Assembly (NCBI GenBank): GCA_951406725.2
Contig: OX597826.1
Coordinates: 57,784,001 to 57,848,000, forward strand
From: Octopus vulgaris
Lineage: Eukaryota
DNA length: 64,000 nt
Reading direction: 5' to 3'
Of the stretch, positions 14,884-26,994 are shown one piece after another (within the stretch, counting starts at the first letter, position 1; every line of letters begins with the position of its first letter). Made by a program: the position numbers and the translations under genes. Below the pieces are notes generated by a model. That model had not been told where the DNA came from. It made no database searches and worked only from the letters and a program-made list of their open reading frames with translations.

Positions 14884-15247
14884 TATAAATCATCATCATC
14901 ATTGTTCGACCGTGGTCGAGACAATGGAATTTACCATGCTGCGCCAGACTTCACGGTCCATCATGGCATTACGGAGGTCCTGTTGCTGGATGCCTGTATC
15001 CCTGGAGATTACATCAGGGTAGGAGAGTGTGCACCCTCTGGTATTGTGAGTAGAGGGCGCACACTATCCTACCCTGATGTAATCTCCAGGGATACAGGCA
15101 TCCAGCAACAGGACTTCTGTAATGTCATGATGGACCGTGAAGTCTGGCATAGCATGGTATGACGTGATGATTCCATCGTGACTAATCTCAAAATATGAGG
15201 TTTGAGATTTCAGTACCACGGTCAAACAATGATGATGATGATTTATA
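14884..15247. repeat. Long fold-back: two inverted copies of an RTE-like LINE 3' end with (GAT)n tail
   Basis: Arms 14884-15039 and 15052-15247 are reverse complements around a 12-nt loop (ggtattgtgagt). The right arm translates RGRTLSYPDVISRDTGIQQQDFCNVMMDREVWHSMV, typical of an RTE ORF2 C-terminus. Confidence 0.9.
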
Positions 15248-15695
15248 GGAAATATTTGCACATGTGAGAGCCAAAAGAAATGAATTTTCTGTGTGATCAT
15301 TCAATGGTTTTTTTTTTTTAACTTACTACTCAAGGACTTGCAGCTTTTCTTGTACAAATTGAAGCGTTATCTGATCGTTTGATATTTGGGTTGTTGTCTT
15401 TAAAAAAAACTGTTACTTGTTTTGCTTCAGATTTTCTTTGCAACATCCTAAAATGCACAATTATATTGATAGTTTCCATTTCTGAACTAATTAGCAGTCA
15501 TTCCTGTATAATCAGTGAAGGTAGTTTAATAGACTATATGCCACATTATCTGATAAGCCATGTGAGGGCGAAACTAATAGTTGTGATGTGAAGACAATAA
15601 CCCAGCTATTAATTAAAATATGTAATACTCTACTAATTAGCATTGAATTCTCTTTCGCTTAATATTGCTTTTAATTGACACACACAATGAGATTG

Positions 15696-16103
<408 letters not shown>

Positions 16104-16443
16104 AAGAGAGTAACACTGTTTATAATACTACTTGTACTATTAGGCCACTGCTGCTGTAGTTGTGGTTGCTGTTGTCACAACATCAATAGATATATGTACT
16201 TAGATGATCAAGTAAAAAAAAAAATGTAAACAAAAAAGACAAAATAAGAAAGAAAAAAAAAACAAGAAGTTATAAGAAAAGTAAAGATGAACGAAAGAAA
16301 GAAAGAAAGAAAATTAATCATTGATTGCTTTTCTAAGATCTTAGAATCTCTAGTAACAAAGAGCAACAGGATGAACGGGCAAGCTGGGTGATTTACAGAC
16401 ATTAATATAGCAACCACTTGTGAATGGGCAATAAATGCCTGAT

Positions 16444-16527
16444 AGTGAGATATCAGTACAGCCATCAGAAACAAGCTGATTAGTTCTATGTCAAGTAATA
16501 GTGATGATAATACTGATGATGAGGATA
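16444..16527 (+). repeat. 84-bp direct repeat, copy 2
   Basis: Matches 14029-14112 and runs into a (GAT/GGT/AAT)n tract. Confidence 0.9.
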
Positions 16528-17147
16528 GTGGTGGTGGTGGCGGTAATAATAATAATGATGATGCTGATAGTGATAAAGATGATGATAGTGATGGTGATGA
16601 TGACAGGTATTGTTTTCTTTTTTCATTGGTTTGTGTTTTGTTATCTATTTATTTACTTATTTTTTTGTTTTTTTACTTTTCTTTTTCTTTTACATGCTGG
16701 AATATGAGAAGGTGGATGCAAGATTACTTCTACTAGCTAATTAGTCAGTCTTAAGTAGCTAGCAAACTAGTGTCGATACTCATATTACTTAAGTCTTCAG
16801 AAATAGCAAAGGGAATTAAAATGAAGCAACCTTCTCCCCGACCCCCGCACCCACCTACCTTCATGTCACCTTGCCTGCTTTCTCTTAGACAACAGTAATT
16901 GTGAGGTGAAGTGTATTCTTCAAAATTAGAAACTACATTATCAACAACAGCAACAACAACAACAACAATAATAATAATAATTATTATTATTATTATTATA
17001 TTGAACAGCATCAGCAATATCAGAGGCATGATTAGAATCAACAGGAGTATGTTTTAAAAGAAAAAAAAAATTGTAGGAGAAATGGTTCCGGATTAAGAAT
17101 TATTAAAGTCATTCTGTCACAGCATATAAACACACACACACACACAC

Positions 17148-17178
<31 letters not shown>

Positions 17179-17887
17179 TGCACGCATACATACCAAGACA
17201 TAATATGCTTACAGTAAAGGCAAAAAGAAAGATAAATATAGCATAGCACAAGATTGTTTTGGATAAGGAAGATTTCCCAAGAGTGGTTTTGTTAATTACA
17301 GCAACATTGCTATAATATTCACAGAGGGACCTTCAACTTTAAAAGACTTCCTTGAAGGAGTCAATAGAAAGCCAACTTATCTCTCTCTCGAAAGAAATAA
17401 AAGCGGCAGAAAAAAGCATACAGAAAGTAAATTCTTCAACAGCCACTAAAAAAGATGGAAAATAAGGTACACAGAATATAAAATAAATTACCTTTTCAGT
17501 GCAGCTAGCATTCATGTATGATAACAAAGCTGTTCCTTAAATACACACATACACACACACACACACACACACATGCACCAAAACCATTTGAAAACACATA
17601 TGCACATATGTGCACAAATTTTGCATTTTAGGGTGTTATATAAAAAGATAAGTACAATTGATAAGCTTTTTCCACATCTAAAATTACCAAAATGGCTTCC
17701 TGAATTTCTATTATCACAGGACAATAGTCAGAGAAACACTATCAGTGAAAAACCCTACAGCCATAACATGTGAATTAATTCTATGAAAACTTAGAAATTT
17801 TACCTGGTTAAAAAATAAATAAATAAATAAATGAATAAATAAATAATAAGAAACAAACAAAAGATGAAAGCAAATCTTGAGAAGAGG

Positions 17888-17964
17888 ACTTACCACTCAA
17901 CATCTAATTCAACTCAGAAGATACTTACCTAAAAAGAAAAAGAAAATATAAAAAAAAATTAGTG
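17888..17964 (-). promoter_or_regulatory. Candidate recursive splice site (ratchet point) with 35-nt poison RS-exon
   Basis: Minus strand: branch-like CACTAAT (17964-17958), AG-free U-rich tract, TAG|GTAAGT at 17929/17928, 35-nt segment 17928-17894, then a second donor GTG|GTAAGT (17893-17888). Confidence 0.6.
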
Positions 17965-19602
17965 AGAAATAAAGGAACTTTAAGAAGGGAAAAAAATTTT
18001 TTTAAAAGGCAGAGAGAGAAAGAGAGAAAGAGATGAAATATGAAAGACATAATATATTAATAGAACTGGTTGAGAAAATAGCAACTAAGTAGATAGGTCA
18101 CCTCAGTTGAACAACTTGAATACACGGAGGCTCCGAGTTCAAATTATTCATGACTTTGTCGACCAATAAAGAAACAGGGAATTTAGTAATGCTGAATAAT
18201 GAATGGGAAACCCAGTTGGTTGCTAAGTGATAGAGAGGTTCTATCAGCTTTGGAAATAAAACAAAAAAAAAAAAGAATAAGAAAAACCATCCCCTCATGA
18301 TTGGACAACCTTATCAGCCACCTTGTGGACCATGCAACATATTGTGTGGCAGTAATTTTACAGAAACTAAGTGGCGTGTTAATATAGAATTTTTAGAGAA
18401 AAAAAAGAAAAAGCTAGAGAAAATTTAAACCCAATAGCAGGAAGCAACAAAAATGTCATTCTCTAAACACAGAAGCAGAAGAAATGACTATTTCTGAATA
18501 TTAACAAGCTACTAGTGTCTTATCTTTTTTTTTACCAAATTATCCCTTGTTCTTAGCACATTGCAAGTTTTTTTTTTTATTTTGACAGAAAAAAAAATGT
18601 TGAAGAGGATGATAATATGCAGTTGTGACATTGTACGTGCCATAAGTGGTATCTACTCTAAGCCTAACAAGGTACTGGAGTGATAGACAATTGGGTGTAA
18701 GTAACCAGTAGATGAGTCAATAATTCTTGTCACTTTTTTTTAGCATTAAGGGTCTATAGTCTATGCAAGCCTTCCAATATTGATAAGATCTCAATGGCTG
18801 ATGTTCCATCTGAATATCTATAAATTGACACATATATGAGAACTGTTGACAGGGAAAGAATTACAGGTGGTTGATATCCTGGAGGGGGTGGTTTGGGAAA
18901 AATGTAGTTTTGAGCAATCAATACGGAAAGATAAGGTAAGGTACATAAACTAAATGTACATTAAATTGGTAAATTATTATCCTGAACTGCAACATATGCT
19001 CTTTTTCCAGGATTGCATTAGGCTGAATGGCATCCTGATGTAGAAGTTAGTACTTTTAATGAATACACAAGCAATGGATTCTGCTCAGCTTCCATCTTTT
19101 TTTATCCCAAACAGTCACATACACATTATTTCAGAACTACAATTAATGATATTAAAAAAAAACAAAAAACTAAGTAACTACATATGCTTGTGCTGCCATT
19201 CCAAACCATTTTCTGTAAAAGCAATTAAGACAGTTCTGTGACATTTTTCATGAGTAGTACTATATGAAATTTTAAAAAATTGTAAATTTATTACTATACC
19301 ACATGATATAGATACTTCTATGTGATCACTCAACCTGTTTAGCACAGGCCCTTAGAAATTCCGAGCCAGTGTCTTGCATACTGGAAGACCACTAAGAGTG
19401 AGGCATTCCTTAGCTTCAAATCCAGGCTATGTCTGCTCTGATAGTTGGCAGTGACTTGGTCAGCAAATCCTCTGCAATGGTCAACAATCAATGGCTAGAC
19501 AAGCTGTTATGGATCACACTATCCCAAAGTGTGTATGCATGAGACCAGGAACCATGTGTGAAATTGTATTCCCACCAAAACACCAAACATGACTCATTTG
19601 TT

Positions 19603-19845
19603 GGAACCAGCTCAACTTACGGAAGCCAGCTCAACCTACGGGAGCCAGCTCAACCTACGGGAGCCAGCTCAACCTACGGGAGCCAGCTCAACTTACGGGA
19701 GCCAGCTCAACCTACGGGAGCCAGCTCAACCTACAGGAGCCAGCTCAACTTACGGGAGCCAGCTCAACCTACGGGAGCCAACTCAACTCACTGGATCTGG
19801 CTCAACCCATCAGAGCTGGTTCAGCCCACTGGAACTGGCTCAATC
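19603..19845. repeat. 19-bp minisatellite (gggagccagctcaacctac)n
   Basis: About 9 near-perfect units followed by degenerate units. No spacers. Explains the overlapping ORFs 19558 and 19589. Confidence 0.95.
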
Positions 19846-20556
19846 CACCCTGACCACTTACAAGTAAGTACTCCACTTGTCAGATATGGCGGCCAAATCA
19901 CCCTCTAATCCTACCTTGCCATTTGGTAAATAAAATCAGAATATGCATGAAATTTTACAGTCCTACTTATACTATGCCTAAAACAAAATACAAATGGTAA
20001 ATGTCTGTTTACTTAGCCTGATATGGGGTGAAGCAAGATTAGCCTCAAGTTTGAGAAAAAAATAATCATGTCAGATGCCCTTTAGCACAAGTTTTCAAAT
20101 CAACATAAGTAAGAAAAAAGTAATTCTGTTATTTTAGAAGTGAAATTACTGTAATACTCTTAATATTTCTAACTTAATTTGAAATATTTACCACAAAACA
20201 GTTTACCAGAAAGAAAACTGTTCAGGTATTCCTTGATCAATAAGTTGCTCTATTGATTTTTGTCACAAAAGTGAAAATGCCAGGCAAAAGGTAACCTCCC
20301 CATCCCCATTACACATCTACTAGAGAGGGTGTAGAATGGCAGAAATGAAGAGCAAACAGTGTAAAGGATTAATGGGGGAAAATGTCAGTGAAATGATTGA
20401 TTAACAAGTAGACCTTTTCAGATGAAATCTGGTTCACTGAAGTCTAACATATACACTACTCCACCACACACACACTTTCGTATAAGCTTTAGACATCTTA
20501 AAATCATCAGATTGTCTCACCTTAACCGAGTTTGCTAAATAGAGTTGGAGAGTTGA

Positions 20557-20597
<41 letters not shown>

Positions 20598-21818
20598 GTG
20601 AGGGAGAGAGTAGAGAGAGAAAAAGTGCCAAATACAGAAGAGAAAGGAATTAACTCTTTGCAAAAGAAAAGACAAAGGGGAGAAAAGCCAAAAGTGAAAG
20701 TAGAAAAAGTGGAAAAAGGTGAGAAAATAAATTTAGAAAAAGCAGGAGAGAGAGAGAGAGAAATACAGCTAAAAACAGAAAGACAGAGAGAGAGTGTGCG
20801 AGAGAGAGAGAGAGAGAGAGAGAGTGAAAGTGTGTGTCCATGTGTGTGCCGGTGGGTGTGTGTGTGTGTGCACAACATGTATGGCTATGTAATTGAAAGA
20901 AATTATGGATATATGCTAATATATGTGCTGAGAAAGCTGGTTTGGGAATTTGTAGCTTAATATATTCAGAAACTGTAAATATGTCTGTGAAGATTGTGCA
21001 TACATGTGCATGCGTGCATGTGTGAAACATGTTATATTAAAGACAGAACTATGTTCAAGTCTGCTCCTTTTTATTGAGGATTTTTATATCTCCTTATTAG
21101 TCCTTTGCTTAGTTTGGAAAAGTAGTGTTCCTTAAATCCATTTGTTCATCAATGTTTCATGATCTTGGCCTCATCATCAGAATGAAATAATGGCAATAAT
21201 GGCGTATTGTTTGCATGCCTTGAAGTAGGTCACAAAGAATCATGGGAATACTGTTACAAAGGATAAAATTGCACATGTCAGATGTAAAAATCATGCAATA
21301 ATAAAGTCCAAGAGAGTCAAGACTATTGAAAAGGTTGCAAGACGCAACGAAAATTTTAGGAAAATAAAAATAAGAAATAAGTGGAAATTTTACCGGTGAG
21401 TGTGTTAAATAATAAGGCACTAAAAGAGAATGACTTTCCCCAGACACAAAAGACCAAGTAGATTTCATGATTTGCTTTACATGTAACATATCTGTGTACC
21501 CATTTTTGGTTAGTATTCAGCTATTAATGAAGCTTAGGGGTTACTCAATTTTTTTGTGGAAATTTACATTATGTATTGCTGTCAACTAATTATTTTTCAA
21601 TGTAATTTTATTTCATGTAAAGTATTAATTATAATGAGTTGAAGTGAATGGCTCTTTGTATAGAAATGGTTAGCCTACAATGAAACGCAGTACTTGTGTG
21701 TGGTACAACAGAATCTGCATATTACACTGGTCATCTGAAGTGCATTCTGAGATTTGCTAATTTGTGGTTTCATGTTAATGAAGAAATATTTATTTTGATA
21801 TTCTAGTAATATATTATA

Positions 21819-22010
21819 TAAGGTGGTGAGCTGGCAGAATTGTTAGCACACTGGACAAAATGCTCAGCAGTATATTGCCCATTGCTACGTTCTGAGTTCA
21901 AATTCTGCCAAGGTCAACTTTGCCTTTCATCCTTTTGGGGTCGATAAATTAAGTCGATGTAATCAACTAGTCCCCTCCCACCAAAATTTAATGCTTTGTA
22001 CTTTTAGTAG
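21819..22010 (+). mobile_element. SINE family B (tRNA head plus Deu/Nin-like core), CpG-decayed
   Basis: ggtggtgagctggcagaattgttagcacactggacaaaatgc...ggtcaactttgcctttcatccttttggggtcgataaa. Same family as 44125 but with CG>TG/CA changes. Confidence 0.85.
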
Positions 22011-22424
22011 ACAGGCTTATAGTATTCTAATTAGGTGTTTGTGGTTAGGTGTGATACATGTGTCTTGTTTTAATAACATATTTATCTATTTTATAATCAG
22101 AGTGTATTTACTTCTCATAGTGTACAATAAGTGCAGTTTATGTATTTTTGTGCATGCTGTATCTGTTGTACATAAATTTCTTCTTGGCCTTGACTCCATG
22201 GCCTTGCCTATCAATAAATAAAGGTACCCATTATTATCTAATATTTGTTTTGCACATAAGATTTCCATATTTAAAGCTTCTTAATGGATGAAAACTTAAA
22301 CTGTTACATCAGACATAAATGTATGACATTTTCTCATCAATTGACAATGCATTTACAAGGAGCCACTGCAACTCATAATATACTACATGAAATAAAATTT
22401 GACAGAAAAACATTAGTCTTATAT

Positions 22425-22456
<32 letters not shown>

Positions 22457-22578
22457 ATTTTACAAATGATGAGAGGCTTTACTTTGCAGATAGCAAAATA
22501 CAAACACAGAAGCAACCAAACCTTCCTGAAACTTCAGTCAAGTAAGACAAAACAGAATAATAACCACAAACGTCTGTC

Positions 22579-22695
<117 letters not shown>

Positions 22696-22789
22696 CAAAT
22701 AGCGGAATAGAGACAGAGAATGATAGACACATAAAAAGAATGACAGAAAGAAGACTGATAATGATGATAGTAGCAGTCCATTTGATTGA

Positions 22790-23001
22790 TTCTAGTTTCA
22801 GCTCACGAGCTGTGGCCATGCTGGGGCACTGCCATTTTAAACGAATTAAGTCGATTACATCGACCCCAGTGCGTAACTGGTACTTAATTTATCGACCCCG
22901 AAAGGATGAAAGGCAAAGTCTACCTCGGCGGAATTTGAACTCAGAACGTTAGGGCTACACATTTCGCCCGGTGTGCTAACGGTTCTGCCAGCTCGCCGCC
23001 T
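22790..23001 (-). mobile_element. SINE family B with family-A-type 3' tail
   Basis: Reverse complement of aggcggcgagctggcagaacc...cctttcatcctttcggggtcgataaattaagtaccag..., ending ggcagtgccccagcatggccacagctcgtgagctgaaactaga. Confidence 0.85.
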
Positions 23002-23585
23002 GTGTAATATTAAACTTTACACATTTGTGTAATATTAAACTTTGTTTTTCTTCCCCCTTCAGTCTTTCTTTCAATTTTTCTGTCTTTCTTGGTTTCTCAG
23101 TATCTCTCTAGAATATTGGAATAAAGAGTGACAAAGACTGAGAAACACACATATAAAGAGAGTGACAGAGAACAAGAAGAGTGATAGTGAAGATGCTAGA
23201 AGTTTGAATCTTATACACAAATTGTGGCAAAATCCTTCTTGAGAACTTGTGATATAATTTACATTGGATCTAACTTCAGAATGAGTGTAGTGTGGATTTC
23301 ATTTCAAAGTGCCTCCTTTGACTTTAATTTCCTAACAACAAGTATTTCCAGGAATTACAATGGATTAAAATTCAGAAGGATAGCTCAGATATCTGCCACC
23401 ATACTCTTGTTCCTCTCCAACCACACATCCTGGTTATTCCTCTGTCATTGCTCTATTTCATTGGTCACAGTGCCTTCTGTAATAGTTGTAACCACTTGGT
23501 CATGCTGCCTTGAATGTACATACATGTCATAGAGTACTAAGTATCACTATCACTTGTACTTGTATCAAACATCTTTCTTACCACC

Positions 23586-23616
<31 letters not shown>

Positions 23617-23781
23617 CAAATAAGAAAATGGAGGAACAAATCCATTTCAGTCATCAATTTACAGATGTTACCATTTCATATTATTTATTAACTATATAAA
23701 TAGGAACATCCAAATCGAACAAAACAATAAACATCAATATGCAAGATAATAATACCATAAGAATAATACACATAAAATGCT

Positions 23782-23905
23782 CCTTACAGCTGTTTCAGCC
23801 TGTAGATAAAAGTATCTCATTCTGCCTATATTAGTCAGATGTATTGAGGTAATATGCAGTTAAAAATGAGGTACTTATATATATATCCCAAGGCCTCGTC
23901 AGAGA
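23782..23905 (-). ncRNA. Type I hammerhead ribozyme motif (Penelope-like, long stem II)
   Basis: Minus strand: CUGACGA (23902-23896), stem II GGCCU...AGGCU extendable to ~12 bp and closing ~75 nt, GAAAC-AGCU-GUA (23796-23785) with a palindromic tetraloop. Stem I is only 3 bp. Flanked by (TA)n. Confidence 0.6.
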
Positions 23906-24184
23906 TTATAAAGTACAATTATAAAAATGTAAATATAAATATGAAACAAAATACACATACATTTGGATATATATATATACGTATATATCCATACATATAT
24001 ATACATATAAATGCATACATTTAAATATATATATTATATATATATACATATATATACATGCATATATATATATATATAAAAACATATATATATTTATAAA
24101 TTATCATCATCATTTACATACACATACATACATATCCACATATATACACACACATATATACACACACAAATATAAATATGCATA

Positions 24185-24217
<33 letters not shown>

Positions 24218-24223
<6 letters not shown>

Positions 24224-24420
24224 AAATCCAAGAAAAGAAGAACAAACAACGCGAGGACATGGTACATGTAAAGTATTAGCAGATGATTAGTGGAGGAAAG
24301 TAAGACTTTAATGTTTCGAGTAACGCTCTTCTTCAGAAACAGAGGGAAGTCCAATAGAATGGAAGACGGTGAAGAAAATCACCAATGATTCACATGTGGT
24401 TATATTTTGAAATGACCAGA
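24218..24420 (-). mobile_element. Penelope-like non-autonomous repeat carrying a decayed minimal hammerhead (24306-24340)
   Basis: Reverse complement gtttCTGAAGAaGAGcgttaCTCGAAAcaTTaaag. The whole segment is homologous to 63430-63633 and is embedded in (TA)n. Confidence 0.65.
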
Positions 24421-24445
24421 AAGGAATGGGTGATATATATACGTA

Positions 24446-24476
<31 letters not shown>

Positions 24477-24635
24477 GCATATATGTATATTTATATACAT
24501 ATATGCATATATGTATATTTATATACATATATAAATACATATTTTCACATGCATATATATATTTTATATGCTCACATAAATATTTCGTAAGCACATATAT
24601 TTATATTTGATATGCATATAAATATGTTTCATATA

Positions 24636-24682
<47 letters not shown>

Positions 24683-26029
24683 GCATGTATGCCCATACAC
24701 ACACACACTCACACACATAGATATATATATATTTATATGCGTGTGTGTGTATTTACATATACACTAAAAACATCTAGATTGAGATTTATAGAAAGCAAAG
24801 ACACTTGCTAAGTCATTTCTCAAAAGGGACAAGAGAAAATTGTCAAGAACCACTTAAAAACTTTTTGCAACTGGGACAGTTTCTTATGGTTGCAGTTAGA
24901 ACTGCTTAGCAAACAAATGAATATTCTAAGACTGTTTCTTGTACAGAGAAATTTATAAGAAAAGCTTCATTGAAGCTTTGACAACAGCAAAATCACTTCA
25001 ATGCCCATCCATCATGTTTCATAGATGAACTGCCCACTACCATCCACCCTTCTAAGTCAAGACAATTGGGATTACATACTGTAGAATGAATGGAGATAGA
25101 TTCTTGCATAAACATGGAAAATAGTTTTTAAGTAAATACTTTCACTCTGCTAAGCCAAAGCATATTTCATTACAGCTACAGAACCAGGGAGAGAATTTCT
25201 TATGTAATAATACAATAGCATTGTCATTATATGAATATGTGAGAGACAGATGGTGGGGGTAGAAGATACAGGCAAAATAGATATGGGGTGGCATAAGTAG
25301 AAAGATAAGATGAGAAGGGATGGAGAAGGAAGAAAGAGATGGAGAACATGAAGAGAGAGTGTGGGATTGAAAGAAAAAGAGAAGAGAAGAGAATAAAAAG
25401 AGAGATGAGACAGAGGAAGAAAAATGAATTGAAAAGATAACAAAGGAGAGGAATAGGAGAAAAATTAGAAAAATATATGAAAGACAGAGAAAGAAGAAAG
25501 GAAAGCAAGATGGAGAGAGAAGTAGGAAAAGAAAGAGAGAAAGAAAAAGAGAGAGGAAGTGAAAGGAAGAAGACTGAGGAAGAGATAAACTAAAAATGAG
25601 AGAGAGAAGAAGGGAGACAAGAGGAAAGAAACGGAGTACCAAAGAAATGAGAAGAGAGTGCAAGGGAGATGGCAGGGGAGAATGGAAGAGAGAAATAGCA
25701 AGATTTGTTCGTGTCACATGTCAAAAAAGAGAAAAAATGACAGCAAGTGTAATAATTTGCATGTGAGGAAGAGTATAAAAGAAAGACTGTGAGATTGTAC
25801 AGCAGGCAGAAACAATAGGGTGTCTGATTTTAGTTATATTTACAAATACATCTGAAACAATTAATAGTCCTAACAGCAGGGAAAAGGTTAGCAGGAAAAC
25901 ATGACCTAGATGAAGAGTACAATGAACGACATTGCAAAAATTGAAGATTTCTTTTGTTTCAGCAAGAATCAGAGCAGAAATCAAGCCATATATATATAAA
26001 TACACACATTCATGGAGGATAGATATATT

Positions 26030-26220
26030 TCTTTACTACCCACAAGAGGCTAAACACAGATGGACAGAGAAATGGATTAAGTCGATTACATCGACCCCAG
26101 TGTGTAACTGGTACTTAATTTATCGACCCCGAAAGGATGAAAGGCAAAGTCGACCTTGGCGGAATTTGAACCCAGAACGTAATGGCAGACGAAATATGTG
26201 CTAACGTTTCTGCCAGCTCG
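26030..26220 (-). mobile_element. SINE family B with internal deletions
   Basis: gtcgattacatcgaccccagtg...atcgaccccgaaaggatgaaaggcaaagtcgacc...tctgccagctcg. Confidence 0.85.
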
Positions 26221-26222
26221 AG

Positions 26223-26256
<34 letters not shown>

Positions 26257-26257
26257 C

Positions 26258-26942
26258 ACAGGCATGGCAGTGTGGTAAGAAACTTGCCTCCTGACCACAT
26301 GGTTCTTGATTCAGTCCCACTGTGTGACACCTTGGACAAAGGTCTTCTACCATAGTTTCAGGCCAACCAAAGCTTTGGTAAATGAAAATTGAAAGAAGCC
26401 TGTTGTCATCATCATCATCCTCATCATCGTTTAGCGTCCGCTTTCCATGCAAGCATGGGTTGGACGGTTCAACTGGGGTCTGGGAAGCCAGAAGGCTGCA
26501 CCAGGCCCAGTCTGATCTGGCAATGTTTCTACGGCTGGATGCCCTTCCTAACGTTGTCATCATCATCATCGTTTAACGTCCGTTCTCCATGCTAGCATGG
26601 GTTGGACGGTTCGACCGGGGATCTGGGAAGCCAAGAGGCTGCACCAGGCCCAGTCTGATCTGGCAATGTTTCTACGGCTGGATGCCCTTCCTAACGTTGT
26701 GTATATAAATATATGTGTGCGTGTGTGTGTGTCTATGTTTGTCCCCCGGTACTGCTTGACAGCCAGTGTTGGTGTGTTTACATCCCCATAACTTAGCAGC
26801 TTGGCAAAAGAGACTGATAAAATAAGTACCAAGCTTAACAAAAGGATAAGTACTGTGGTCAATTCATTTGACTAAAAGTTCTTCAAGGCAGTATTCTAGC
26901 ATGGCTGCAATCTAATGACTGAAACACGTAAAAGATAAAAGA
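26258..26942 (+). mobile_element. Family A SINE interrupted by a tandem pair of family C SINE fragments (26405-26700)
   Basis: Family A head 26258-26404 and body 26701-26942. Between them are two ~145-bp minus-strand family C units ending at the identical point ccttcctaacgttgt. Confidence 0.85.
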
Positions 26943-26994
26943 CAGATAGGTAAGAGTTGTGAGTGTGTGTTTATGTGATCAAAACAGACATAGT

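Noticed and set aside
18098-18298. Minus-strand ORF/exon LIEPLYHL...VVQLR
   Set aside because: AAG acceptor and GTGACC donor are weak, and no homology is recognised.
19558-19908. Minisatellite as a CRISPR array or repeat-protein gene
   Set aside because: Units are contiguous with no unique spacers, the context is eukaryotic, and the ORFs arise only because the 19-mer lacks stops.
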